Positions 19,607 to 29,633 of a stretch of 64,000 nucleotides of DNA are shown piece after piece; within the stretch, counting starts at the first letter, position 1, and each line of letters opens with the position of its first letter. The stretch spans positions 608,001 to 672,000 of the forward strand of contig CAWIXE010000002.1 of the NCBI GenBank assembly GCA_963840035.1, given 5' to 3'. This DNA is from a candidate division FCPU426 bacterium. Its GTDB lineage: Bacteria > Oederibacteriota > PGYV01 > Palsa-1178. A program made the position numbers and the translations under genes. The notes below the pieces were generated by a model that worked only from the letters and a program-made list of their open reading frames with translations, did not search any database and was not told the DNA's origin.

Positions 19607-21520
19607 ATGAAAAGGAAACTAAGTTTACTGATATTGTCCTTTATGTTCGTTATTGCCGCGTTTGCGGCTTTTGCGGCAGACGCACCATTTACTGTGGTTC
19701 CATGGAACGGGTATAAGGCAGCGGTTTCGCTGACGTATGACGACGGCGACCCCGTACACCTGGACCTTGTAATACCTGAAATGCAAAAGAGGCAGATGCG
19801 CGGCACATTTTTCCTTACCGCGGGTAATATATTAAGGAGCGAAGAATGGGCAAAAGCAGCGGCCTCAGGAATGGAGATAGGAAACCATTCCATGAAGCAC
19901 AGGCACGCCAATGAACTCACAGCCGCGGATGAAATAGAAGAAGTGGATACAGCGGGCAAAATATTAAAGGAACTTTCAGGACAGCCTGTGATGACCTACG
20001 CGTACCCGTTTGTCGAGATTACAAGCACCTTAAGGGCGCGCGTTGAGAAGGAATGCATCATGGCAAGAGGCGGCGGGCCGGGATACTATTATTACACACC
20101 TGATTCGGAACCTGACTGGTATAACATACACAGCCAGGGGACAGCTACTGAATATGGCTTTGAAAAATATAAGGACTGGATAGACCAGGACATGGAAACA
20201 GGCGCGTGGACAGTGTTTATGATACACGCCATAGAGGGCTCAAACTGGTTCCAGCCGGTGCCTAAAGACACTTTTATTAAGCTCCTTGACTATTTATACA
20301 GTAACCGCGGAGATGTCTGGACTGCGCCATTTGGCGAAGTAGGGGCGTACTGGAAGGCGCAAAAAACCATCGAGGCCGCTAAGATCGCGGATAAAAAAGG
20401 CAAAAAAATCATTAAGTGGAAAAAACCTGTGCCGTTCCCCGAGGGAGTTGTCCTAAAGGTACGCGTTAATACCGAAGGCAATATGCTCACCCAGGCCGGA
20501 CAAAGGGTGCAGCCAATCGGGGATAATATCTATCCGGTTTCGTTTGACGCGGGTGAAATGACCATAGAGAAGGCCATGAAGAAAGATGTTTCTTTACAGG
20601 TAAACAACAAACCCGGTTTTTATACGGAAGGTAAGAAGATACTCGCCCCGGGAGGCGAAGAAGTGGTGTTTCGCGGCATTAATGAGATGTTTGTGTGGAC
20701 GGACAAAGAAGGGGCAAAACTGCCGGAGATCGCGAAAACAGGCGCAAATTGCGTGAGGATAGTTTGGACCATAAAGGACGGGACAAAGGAAGAACTTGAT
20801 AAGGTAATCACAAAATGTATCGCCAATAAAATGATACCGATAATCGAACTTCATGACAAGACGTGCAAGTGGGATGATGATGTGTTTAAGGACCTCACAG
20901 CATACTGGACAGACCCGGAAATGGTGAAGATAATACAAAAACATGAAAAGTACCTCTTTATAAATTACGGAAATGAGATTGGCGACTGGAAAGTTACATC
21001 TGAAGAATACAGCGCAAAGTATTCCGCGGCCATTAAAGCCATGAGAAAGGCGGGCGTCCATGTGCCCATTATAATCGACGGCGCCAAATGCGGGCAGGAC
21101 ATGAATTTCTTTTATGCTGTTTCTGAAGATATAAACAAAGCCGACCCGGACCATAACTTCATATTTTCCGTGCATATGTGGTGGACTGACAATGACCCGG
21201 TAAGAATTCAGGACGCCATCACCACGGCGGCTTATACAAAAGTCCCCCTTATTGTCGGCGAGTTTGCGGCAATGGGTGTCGGTTGCGCCGCAAATGTAGC
21301 GTATAAGACCATACTTGAAGAGTGCGCTAAGAATAATGTCGGATGGCTCGCGTGGTCATGGGGCCCGGGCAACAGTGATTGCGCGCTTATGGACATGACA
21401 AAGGACGGTAAATTTGACACGCTCTACGGATGGGGAAAAGAAACTGCCCTGGATGATAAATACAGTATTAAAAACACATCAAAGATTCCGGAATATATTA
21501 AGCAAATGAAGGCGGAATAG
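19607..21520 (+). CDS. CE4 polysaccharide deacetylase fused to GH5 (GH5_8-like) beta-mannanase
   Basis: TYDDG and NHSMKH CE4 motifs; NYGNE, FSVHMW, VGEF, WLAWSWGPGN GH5 motifs; signal peptide. Confidence 0.85.
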   Translation: MKRKLSLLILSFMFVIAAFAAFAADAPFTVVPWNGYKAAVSLTYDDGDPVHLDLVIPEMQKRQMRGTFFLTAGNILRSEEWAKAAASGMEIGNHSMKHRHANELTAADEIEEVDTAGKILKELSGQPVMTYAYPFVEITSTLRARVEKECIMARGGGPGYYYYTPDSEPDWYNIHSQGTATEYGFEKYKDWIDQDMETGAWTVFMIHAIEGSNWFQPVPKDTFIKLLDYLYSNRGDVWTAPFGEVGAYWKAQKTIEAAKIADKKGKKIIKWKKPVPFPEGVVLKVRVNTEGNMLTQAGQRVQPIGDNIYPVSFDAGEMTIEKAMKKDVSLQVNNKPGFYTEGKKILAPGGEEVVFRGINEMFVWTDKEGAKLPEIAKTGANCVRIVWTIKDGTKEELDKVITKCIANKMIPIIELHDKTCKWDDDVFKDLTAYWTDPEMVKIIQKHEKYLFINYGNEIGDWKVTSEEYSAKYSAAIKAMRKAGVHVPIIIDGAKCGQDMNFFYAVSEDINKADPDHNFIFSVHMWWTDNDPVRIQDAITTAAYTKVPLIVGEFAAMGVGCAANVAYKTILEECAKNNVGWLAWSWGPGNSDCALMDMTKDGKFDTLYGWGKETALDDKYSIKNTSKIPEYIKQMKAE

Positions 21521-21525
21521 CGCGT

Positions 21526-23031
21526 ATGAAATATAAAAATCCTGTAATACCCGGGTTTTACCCGGACCCCAGTGTCTGCTGTGTCGGCGGGGATTTTTAC
21601 CTTGTCACCAGCAGCTTTGAGTATTTTCCCGGTGTACCCATATTTCACAGCCGCGACCTGGTTAACTGGGTGCAAATAGGCCACGTCCTTGACCGCAAGA
21701 GCCAGCTGCCGCTTGAAAAAGCAGAATGTTTTTCAGGGATATACGCACCCACCATAAGGTATCATGAAGGCACTTTTTATGTGACAACAACAAACACATC
21801 CGGTATTGGAAATTTTATCGTATCAGCCAAAAACCCGCAAGGGCCGTGGTCGGACCCAATAGCAGTACCTCAGGGAGGGATCGATCCATCGCTTTTTTTT
21901 GACGCGGATGGAAGCGTATATTACACTACATCCGGCGGGGGCGCGCTGCAAAGTAAGATAGACATAAAAACAGGCAGGCTGCTCACCGAACCTGTGCTTG
22001 TATGGAAAGGCACAGGCGGAAGATATCCTGAAGCGCCGCATTTGTATTTTATAAATGGATGGTATTATTTAATGCTGGCGGAGGGCGGCACGGGATACGA
22101 GCATATGGTCACTATGGCGCGTTCTAAAAGTCCGTGGGGGCCTTTTGAACCCTGTCCGCGCAATCCAATACTGACACACAGAAGCATACCGAGCCTGATC
22201 AGGGCAACCGGACATGCTGATCTTGTTTTTACAGGGGAACACTGGTTTCTGGTATTCCTGGGAGTGCGCACATCAGGCTACGACGATACGCATAACCTGG
22301 GGCGTGAGACATTTTTAAGCCCTGTGACATGGCATGAAGACGGATTCCCGGTGATAGGCAATAAAGGCATAATATCGGCTGAGATGGAGTCGCCTTTGGC
22401 TCCTGTTTTGGTACCTGAATTGCCTGCGCGTGATGATTTTAACTCGGATAGAATTGCTTTTTACTGGAATTATCTGCGTAACCCCGATGAAAATTTGTAT
22501 TCGTTAATAGAACGTCCCGGGTTCCTGCGGCTCAAGGGATCAAAGTACGGCCTTGACGATGTCGCGCCGACAGTATGGCTGGGCAGAAGGCAATGCCACC
22601 ACAACGTTAAGGCAGCGGCCTGTATCGAGTTTAAACCTTATAGCGCAAACGAAGAGGCTGGGTTATGCGTGCGAAAAAATGAAAATCATCACTATGAAAT
22701 ATTCCTGTCGTTAAGGGGCGGTAGAACATGCGTTGTGTTGAGGGAAACGATAGCGAACCTGAAAGTCGAGGTTGCGTCCGCGCCCGTAACGGAAGGCGTG
22801 GCTGAGAGCTGCATATTGGCTGTTGAAGCGGATGTAAACAACTATAGTTTTTCATACGGCCCGTCTGAAAAAGACCTGATACCGCTGGGAAATGGAATTA
22901 CCCGCTATCTCTCATCGGAAATTGCGGGAGGCTTCACTGGAGTCTATTTTGCCATGTACGCCGCCGGAAACGGCAGGCCATGCAAAAATCCGGCGGATTT
23001 TGACTGGTTTGATTATGCCGTAAAATCATGA
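21526..23031 (+). CDS. GH43 beta-xylosidase/arabinofuranosidase
   Basis: NPVIPGFYPDPS, SSFEYFPG, IDPSLFFD, PEAPH, GGFTG; no signal peptide. Confidence 0.92.
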   Translation: MKYKNPVIPGFYPDPSVCCVGGDFYLVTSSFEYFPGVPIFHSRDLVNWVQIGHVLDRKSQLPLEKAECFSGIYAPTIRYHEGTFYVTTTNTSGIGNFIVSAKNPQGPWSDPIAVPQGGIDPSLFFDADGSVYYTTSGGGALQSKIDIKTGRLLTEPVLVWKGTGGRYPEAPHLYFINGWYYLMLAEGGTGYEHMVTMARSKSPWGPFEPCPRNPILTHRSIPSLIRATGHADLVFTGEHWFLVFLGVRTSGYDDTHNLGRETFLSPVTWHEDGFPVIGNKGIISAEMESPLAPVLVPELPARDDFNSDRIAFYWNYLRNPDENLYSLIERPGFLRLKGSKYGLDDVAPTVWLGRRQCHHNVKAAACIEFKPYSANEEAGLCVRKNENHHYEIFLSLRGGRTCVVLRETIANLKVEVASAPVTEGVAESCILAVEADVNNYSFSYGPSEKDLIPLGNGITRYLSSEIAGGFTGVYFAMYAAGNGRPCKNPADFDWFDYAVKS

Positions 23032-23301
23032 AAGTTGTCCCTGCTTTTTCAAAATAGCCGCATAATAATATCACAACCTTTTCAATTCCGGGGTACTGTA
23101 TTTTAAGCAAACCAGAAAAACCGCAAAAAGGTGGCCGTTTTGTTTTGTACTCGGGCTTTCAAGCCGGAAGTAAACAAAACGTCTGTCGTTTCATAATCGC
23201 TTCCGGCTTATTGCGTTTCATTTTATTGACCCCAGTGTTATTTGACATTCGTGTATTTTAAGGTTATATACTTATTAGGGATTTCAAGTTTTGGGGGGGT
23301 T

Positions 23302-24438
23302 ATGAAAGCGCCAATTGTCATCCATTCACACGCGAAAGAATTCAAATTCAATGAAAAAATTATGTCCGCTTTGTTTGCCACCATGCCCGTTTATGTGGCG
23401 ATAGTTGCCGCTGATGGTTGCGTAGTTTATGCCAATGACGGGTTTTTAAGGCTGATGGGGCTCGTCAGGGATGACATCGAAAAGGGAAAACTTAACGGTT
23501 ACAACATTACCTGGACGGGGCTGGATGGAAAAAAAGTGGAAAAATCAGAGATGCCTTTTGTCCGTGTCATCTCCACAGGCAAACCCATAACAAGCGAGAT
23601 ATACAGCCTGGAAATCCCCGGAAAAGGGCCGGTATATTTCTCCCTGAATGGTTCGCCGTATTTTGCGAAAAATGGCGGCGTAATCGGCGCTGTTTTCGTG
23701 ATAACGGACGTGGATCATATGGTAAAGGCTGACCGGAAGCTGAAAGAAACTGTGGACGAACTCTCCACATTTTCGCATACCCTCGCGCACGATATGAAAA
23801 CCCCGCTTCATACCATAGTCGGCTATGTGGAGCTTATCCAGCAGCGCCACGGAAACGAGCTCTCCGGTGAAGCCCGGGAGCTTATGGGATTTGTCATAAG
23901 CGCCGCAAAGAGGGCATACACGCTTCAAAATGACCTCATGACTTATTTGAAGATAGGCCGGCTTCCGGTTATTTCCGGAAAAACCGAATTAAACCCGCTT
24001 GTTGACGAGGTAATAAACAACATAATGAGCGTTCTTATGGACTCGGGCAAAGAAGCGCATTTCAGCCATTCAAGCCTGCCGGCTGTGATGTCCGCAAACA
24101 GCCATATGTACGAGCTCTTTCAGAACCTCATAGAAAATGGAGTTAAATTTGTCAGGCCGGGAATCACTCCGGAAGTGACTGTGGGTTATATGAGGAAGGA
24201 CGGCCTGTGCCTGTTTTCGGTAAAAGATAACGGAATAGGCATCGCCCCCGAATACGCGGGAAAGCTTTTCAATATTTTTCAAAGGCTGCACGGCGAAGGC
24301 GAATATCCCGGAACGGGAATAGGGCTTGTGGTCTGCAAAAAAATAGTCTCAATATATGGCGGAACAATATGGTTTGAGTCGGCTCCCGGCGCAGGAACAA
24401 CATTCTTCTTTACGCTCCCCGAAGCCCTGGTGTGCTGA
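23302..24438 (+). CDS. PAS-domain sensor histidine kinase
   Basis: PAS-like N-terminus; AHDMKTPL H-box, NLIENG N-box, DNGIG, GTGIGL; TTGACA promoter box at 23242. Confidence 0.9.
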   Translation: MKAPIVIHSHAKEFKFNEKIMSALFATMPVYVAIVAADGCVVYANDGFLRLMGLVRDDIEKGKLNGYNITWTGLDGKKVEKSEMPFVRVISTGKPITSEIYSLEIPGKGPVYFSLNGSPYFAKNGGVIGAVFVITDVDHMVKADRKLKETVDELSTFSHTLAHDMKTPLHTIVGYVELIQQRHGNELSGEARELMGFVISAAKRAYTLQNDLMTYLKIGRLPVISGKTELNPLVDEVINNIMSVLMDSGKEAHFSHSSLPAVMSANSHMYELFQNLIENGVKFVRPGITPEVTVGYMRKDGLCLFSVKDNGIGIAPEYAGKLFNIFQRLHGEGEYPGTGIGLVVCKKIVSIYGGTIWFESAPGAGTTFFFTLPEALVC

Positions 24439-24467
24439 CAGGATTAATCGGCATTCATTATGTCCGG

Positions 24468-24563
24468 TTAAAACCTCACGAAATGGCCCAGCCAGAAAAT
24501 GAAAGATATCGTCAGCGCGTGCAGGACCCACCACAGCGGTTTTAAGAACTTGAATTTATCCAT
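24468..24563 (-). CDS. 31-aa small membrane peptide MDKFKFLKPLWWVLHALTISFIFWLGHFVRF (not in ORF track)
   Basis: GGAGG RBS overlapping upstream gene end, ATG 3 nt after its stop; resembles upstream protein's last helix. Confidence 0.6.
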   Translation of the reverse strand: MDKFKFLKPLWWVLHALTISFIFWLGHFVRF

Positions 24564-24566
24564 TTT

Positions 24567-25025
24567 TTACCTCCATAAAAGGTTCCCAAGATAATATACC
24601 AGTGATAAGACAACAAGGTGCACAGCCCAGAACCCGGTATTGGGATACCTGATCCATTTCCATCCGGGACTATGCGCTGGCTGTTCGGAAGAGAAAAACT
24701 CATTGCAAAACAGCGCCCTGCCTATGAAGAACTTGCCCAAAAGGATGGCTATATCCGGAACAAGGTTCCCCTTAATAAGGGAAAAATGGGACATGGTTAT
24801 TACGCCGATAATGACTGAAAAACCGTTTATCAGGTAAGCAAGATGGATGGTCTTCCTGAAATAAAACATGACAGGCACCGCAATCATGCTTAAAAGGCCG
24901 GCTATGAACGGGACATAACCGTATAGATGTTTCTGGAAAGGGTGTATCCGGTAATGAAGGCCGAATCCGCCGAATGAAACCAAAAAAAGCGCTAAGATAA
25001 GTATTATCCTGTTGTAATTTTTCAT
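24567..25025 (-). CDS. Polytopic membrane protein with several His in or near TM helices
   Basis: About 5 hydrophobic segments; RBS GGGGGAA. Confidence 0.7.
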   Translation of the reverse strand: MKNYNRIILILALFLVSFGGFGLHYRIHPFQKHLYGYVPFIAGLLSMIAVPVMFYFRKTIHLAYLINGFSVIIGVITMSHFSLIKGNLVPDIAILLGKFFIGRALFCNEFFSSEQPAHSPGWKWIRYPNTGFWAVHLVVLSLVYYLGNLLWR

Positions 25026-25431
25026 GTTTCCCCCTTATGTGTTCTGATAAAGATATATATACACAATTTTAACGGTTTTGTCAAATGCGCGGGATATAAT
25101 GCGGAATTTTTGCATCTTTTCTGCATTCATCTAAATCAAAAAAATTTTCCAGTTTGATTGATTTGTCCAAAACCCCTGTTATACTTGTCATGGGGTCCAG
25201 CCCTGGGGCGATTACCGGGGCAGTTTCAGGGATAAGTTCGGGGTAATGTGGATGGTATACTTTTCAAAACCAAAGAAAATGCAAATAAAAAAGCCGGCGC
25301 CAAAAAAGAAGAGTAAAAAGAGGTTAAAAAATAAGAATGCAGTGCGGAAGCGCTGGTTTTTGCATACGTAATTATTCACACAACTTTTTCATGAAAGTTT
25401 TGATGCCAAACACAAAAAAACGGAGGGAATT

Positions 25432-25623
25432 ATGAGCGATCAAAAAAGATGCCCTGTAACCGGAGCTACAGCAGGCGCGCCTGCCGGACGTGGGAAGGCA
25501 AACCGGGATTGGTGGCCCAGTCAGGTCAATTTTAAGGTGCTTCACCAGCACGCGCAGGTTTCCAATCCCATGGACCGCGGATTTAATTGCGCCGAAGAAT
25601 TTAAACAAGAGAGTAAAACATGA
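25432..25623 (+). pseudogene. katG: Catalase-peroxidase N-terminal remnant
   Basis: KRCPVTG...NRDWWPSQVNFKVLHQH...NPMDRGFNCAEEFK matches the KatG N-terminus; stops after 63 aa; RBS GGAGG. Confidence 0.8.
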
Positions 25624-25633
25624 GGATGCCGTT

Positions 25634-26149
25634 ATGATACTTCCCAAGATACGCGACAAGCGGCTTATTACGCGGCGGCGCGGCGGGGTTTTGACGGATC
25701 CGGACCATCATTTGCTGGCGGTCTGGGCCGCGCAGTGCTCGCGCCATGTTCTCCGGCATTTTGAAAAGGCGCGGCCAAAGGACGACCGGCCGCGGCGCGC
25801 TGTTGATATGGCGCTTGCCTGGTCGCGTGGAAAGGCAACCATGAAACAGGCGCTGAAAGCCGCGTACGACGCAAATGCGTCAGCCAGGAAATTGACCGGC
25901 GCGGCGAAAATGGCGGCTTTATCCGCCGGGCAGGCGGCGGCTGTGGCGCATGTAGCCGCGCATGAACTGGGCGCTGCGGCTTACGCCATACGTGCTGTGA
26001 TGGCGGCATCGCCTGAGGATAAAAGGGGAATTGCCGGGAAAAAAGAGCGGCAGTGGCAGATAAAAAGGCTGCCTGAAAAGATACGCGCTCTTGTAATCGA
26101 TGATGAGCGGCTGCGCAATGATATTTGCTGGTTTGTGTTCGGTAACTGA
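25634..26149 (+). CDS. Imm5-like (putative immunity) protein
   Basis: LAVWAAQCSRHVL..FE...P.DDRPR.A and AAGQAAAVAHVAAHELGAAAYA-type motifs, ERQWQ. Confidence 0.75.
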   Translation: MILPKIRDKRLITRRRGGVLTDPDHHLLAVWAAQCSRHVLRHFEKARPKDDRPRRAVDMALAWSRGKATMKQALKAAYDANASARKLTGAAKMAALSAGQAAAVAHVAAHELGAAAYAIRAVMAASPEDKRGIAGKKERQWQIKRLPEKIRALVIDDERLRNDICWFVFGN

Positions 26150-26169
26150 CGTAAGGATGCACTCTGTTT

Positions 26170-26712
26170 TTATTTTTGTCTTTCGCTGAGCCTGGCCCGG
26201 TACATCCTTTCCCTTAACCCGCCCTCATTTACAAACGCCGTTTCCAGCTGGCGCAGCTGCTGGTCGAGCAGGTAGTTGGTCTGGTGGATGAGGCAGATGA
26301 TTGCGTTGGCTGCGGTTTCGGGAGGGCCTTCGAAATAGGTCGTATAAGTCTTATATGACCTATCCGGTTTGCTTCCAAGGTGTCGTATGTCTAAAATCCT
26401 GGTATCGTCCTTAGGCCACAGTGACAGGCCGTGCTGCCGTAAGTAGTCCTGATAATCCAGCAGCAGCTCCTCCTGGCTTGCCCTGGCCACGCCGACCAGT
26501 TTTATCTCCGTCTCTTTTGATATCCCCGATGCCATGCTTCCCTCGGCGATATTTTGCCTGCCGCTTCTGGCTGCCTGTATCATCTGGTCTGTAGTCCGGG
26601 AAAACCTGTTTATAAAAAGCTCACAAAACTTGACTGTCGCGTCATATACTATCTCTGACATCTGAAAAGACTTTAACTTCTGATACCCGCCGTGGGGGAG
26701 TATGATACTCAT
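26170..26712 (-). CDS. Four-helix-bundle protein (23S rRNA IVP-like) with suffix domain
   Basis: HGGYQKLKSFQ, RTTDQMIQAARSGRQNIAEGS, VARASQEELLLDYQD, GGLRERMYRAR. Confidence 0.88.
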   Translation of the reverse strand: MSIILPHGGYQKLKSFQMSEIVYDATVKFCELFINRFSRTTDQMIQAARSGRQNIAEGSMASGISKETEIKLVGVARASQEELLLDYQDYLRQHGLSLWPKDDTRILDIRHLGSKPDRSYKTYTTYFEGPPETAANAIICLIHQTNYLLDQQLRQLETAFVNEGGLRERMYRARLSERQK

Positions 26713-28256
26713 TACACACCGACTTTCCAGAAATCCCTGTCCAATGACCTGTACTGTATTGCCTCTGCTATATGCAGTGTCTGTATGTTTTCCGAGCCTT
26801 CAAGGTCGGCGATAGTACGGGAAACCTTCAGTATCCTGTCGTAAGCCCTTGCCGATAGCCCGAGGTTTTCTATGGCGTTTTTAAGCAGTTCCTGCGATTC
26901 ATCCCCGAGTTGGCAGTATTTTTTTATGTGTTTGGGCCCCATATGCGCGTTGAAGTATATCTTTGTGCCTTTAAACCTTTTCTCCTGCGTTTTTCTCGCT
27001 TTGTTAACCCGTCCTCTTATGACTTCCGATGTTTCCGCCTCTGCCTGTGACGCCAGCTCGCTATACTGTACGACAGGCACTTCCACGTGTATGTCTATGC
27101 GGTCTAAAAGCGGGCCGGATATTTTTGATATATATTTCTCGCGTTGCTGTATGGAGCAGGAGCAGGTCTTGGTCGGATGTGTGTTGTATCCGCAGGGGCA
27201 GGGATTCATGGCGGCAAGCAGCATGAACCTCGCAGGATAGGTAATGGACGTGGCCGCGCGGCTTATGGTCACCATGCCGTCTTCCAGGGGCTGACGAAGA
27301 ACTTCTAGTACGTTCCTGTTAAACTCCGGCAGTTCGTCGAGGAAAAGCACGCCATTATGCGATATGGAAACTTCGCCGGGCCTGGGTATGGCGCCGCCGC
27401 CGATTAAACCCGCGTCAGAAATCGTGTGGTGCGGGGACCTGAAAGGGCGCGTGGCAATAAGCGCCGACTTCTCACGCATGATCCCCGAGACGCTGTGGAT
27501 CTTGGTGGTTTCTATGGCTTCATCCAGGTTCATTTCAGGCAGTATGGTGGGGAAGCGTTTTGCCAGCATGGTCTTGCCTGAACCCGGAGGCCCTATCATG
27601 AGCATGTTATGGCCGCCTGCTGCCGAGATTTCCAGCGAGCGTTTAATATACTGCTGTCCTTTTACCTCGGAAAAATCCACAGTGTAACGCGATGACATAC
27701 TGAAGGCCGCTTTAATGTCTATTTGATGTACAGGGACATCCTGAGTGCCGTTTAAAAAGCCAATTACGTCTTTAAGCCCGCTTACGGGTATGACGTCTAT
27801 GGATTCCACGACTGCTGCCTCATCCGCGTTAGCCAGGGGCAAAATAACCCCCTTATACCCCATTTCCCGCGCTAACAGGGCTATTGAGAGGCACCCTTTG
27901 ACAGTGTTTATGGAGCCGTCCAGCGACAGTTCTCCGACTATGATATAGTCGTCAAGTTTGACCGATGAGATGTTACCGTCGGCGGCCATGATGCCTATGG
28001 CAATGGGGAGGTCGAAGGACGGGCCTTCTTTTTTTCTGTCGGCAGGAGACAGGTTGATGGTTATTTTCTTGTTGGGCGGGAAAAAGTACTCGGAATTTTT
28101 AATCGCGGATTTTACGCGGTCCTTGGATTCTTTAACGGAAGTGTCGGGAAGCCCGACAAGGGACAGCCCGGGAAGCCCCGGTGATATGTCGACTTCAACT
28201 TCCACTTCATAAGCGTCAATACCTAAAATAGCGGCAGAACGGATTTTACCCAGCAT
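26712..28256 (-). CDS. comM: YifB/ComM Mg-chelatase-like AAA+ ATPase
   Basis: [61 protein letters not shown]. Confidence 0.95.
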   Translation of the reverse strand: MLGKIRSAAILGIDAYEVEVEVDISPGLPGLSLVGLPDTSVKESKDRVKSAIKNSEYFFPPNKKITINLSPADRKKEGPSFDLPIAIGIMAADGNISSVKLDDYIIVGELSLDGSINTVKGCLSIALLAREMGYKGVILPLANADEAAVVESIDVIPVSGLKDVIGFLNGTQDVPVHQIDIKAAFSMSSRYTVDFSEVKGQQYIKRSLEISAAGGHNMLMIGPPGSGKTMLAKRFPTILPEMNLDEAIETTKIHSVSGIMREKSALIATRPFRSPHHTISDAGLIGGGAIPRPGEVSISHNGVLFLDELPEFNRNVLEVLRQPLEDGMVTISRAATSITYPARFMLLAAMNPCPCGYNTHPTKTCSCSIQQREKYISKISGPLLDRIDIHVEVPVVQYSELASQAEAETSEVIRGRVNKARKTQEKRFKGTKIYFNAHMGPKHIKKYCQLGDESQELLKNAIENLGLSARAYDRILKVSRTIADLEGSENIQTLHIAEAIQYRSLDRDFWKVGV

Positions 28257-28466
28257 AACTCGCACCCCTCTAAAGTGTTTTCGTTATTATATACATATTT
28301 GGGATAAAATCAAATGCTAAATTAATAATTAGCCAATAGCCAATATGCTTTTAGCCAATAAATATGGAAGCGCGCTTTGCGCGCATTTTATAATAGCGCA
28401 AAACCTTGTTTAATGGCTAAATGTTTATTGGATATTGGCTAATTGTATTTATGATATAATATTTTT

Positions 28467-29549
28467 ATGAAAACATACGACGTAATAATAGCGGGCGCCG
28501 GGCTGGCAGGCCTTGCCCTCGCAAAAGAACTGTCAGGGTCAGGAGTGTCGGTGCTTGTGCTTGATAAAAAAAGCAGGGCAACAGACGCGCCATACCATTC
28601 ATCGGGAACATTTATGAACCCGGCAGAATATTCCATTCCTTTGAATTTTTTTCACCCGATAAATGAAATTGAGTTTGATTCAAAAAACGAATCCTGTTTA
28701 AAAAAAGTTGAAAATTGCCATGTGCTTGACAGGGTGAAATATTACCAGTGGCTTGAAAAGGAAGCGCTTGCGTCGGATAACGTCAGGATAAGGTACGGAT
28801 GCAGGGTGCTTGGCGCTGAATATAAAGGCGGAAAAATTCGGGATTTGCTGTGCGATGATAAAGGCAGGAACATCAGGCTGCATGCTTCAATATACATTGA
28901 TTGCACAGGATTATCAGCGGCGCTTGGCGCAAAGGCCGGATTGACGCCGAAAAAATGCGTCATGGCGCTTGGAGTGGAACACCTCGTTCCGACAAAATCA
29001 GCCCCGAACCGGGCATGCTTTTATGTGGGCGGCAACCTGTGGGGCGGATACGGATGGGTGTTTCCGAAACAGGGAAACATATCCATAGCCGGAGCAGGGG
29101 TAATCAGAAGGGAGAGGTATTCTTCAATTGACGCGATATATGAGGAAATGTGGGAAAAGAGGGGGCTTTCAGTAATTTGCAGGCACAGATCTCTGGGTAA
29201 AAAGTTTGCCACTTTAAGGACAGGCAGGCCGTTAAATAAATTTGTCAGTGGGAACCTTATGATAGTAGGAGATTCAGCGCTCCAGGCAAACCCGCTTATA
29301 GGCGAAGGCATAAGGTTTGTTTTAGACGCGGTAAAGGAGGCGGCGGGATGTATCAGGAGCGCCATAAGTTCAGGCAACATAGGAATTATAAAAAAATATG
29401 GAACTACCTGGAAAAGCAGGTACCTGAAAAGTTTCAGGTTCTCGTATTGGATGCAGAAAATGCTCCGTGAGGTTACCTTAAATGACTGGATACTTGATAA
29501 AGGGGTTAAAGTGCTGACGTCTGCAATGACTACCAGTTCCGCAGGGTGA
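28467..29549 (+). CDS. Geranylgeranyl-reductase-family FAD oxidoreductase (C-terminus possibly frameshifted; alternative stop 29635)
   Basis: GAGLAG FAD motif, GGYGWVFPK, VGDSA...NPLIGEGI. Confidence 0.8.
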   Translation: MKTYDVIIAGAGLAGLALAKELSGSGVSVLVLDKKSRATDAPYHSSGTFMNPAEYSIPLNFFHPINEIEFDSKNESCLKKVENCHVLDRVKYYQWLEKEALASDNVRIRYGCRVLGAEYKGGKIRDLLCDDKGRNIRLHASIYIDCTGLSAALGAKAGLTPKKCVMALGVEHLVPTKSAPNRACFYVGGNLWGGYGWVFPKQGNISIAGAGVIRRERYSSIDAIYEEMWEKRGLSVICRHRSLGKKFATLRTGRPLNKFVSGNLMIVGDSALQANPLIGEGIRFVLDAVKEAAGCIRSAISSGNIGIIKKYGTTWKSRYLKSFRFSYWMQKMLREVTLNDWILDKGVKVLTSAMTTSSAG

Positions 29550-29633
29550 TAAGCGCGGACATATCCTTAAGTTTTATGCTGTTTATAGTTGTGGAAGCGT
29601 GGATGAAGATTAAGGTTTGGAAAACGCACAGGT

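Noticed and set aside
84..23000. Many antisense and overlapping ORFs in the track (here and throughout the window)
   Set aside because: Shadows of long, motif-rich genes with no recognisable features
23161..23209. aagccggaag...cttccggctt inverted repeat as ncRNA
   Set aside because: Only a 10-bp stem with a large loop; no other support
25490..25633. N-terminal extension of the Imm5-like ORF
   Set aside because: Overlaps the katG remnant in another frame; ATG 25634 has a GAGG RBS
26170..26712. Diversity-generating retroelement (Avd-like gene)
   Set aside because: No reverse transcriptase or TR/VR pair seen in the window
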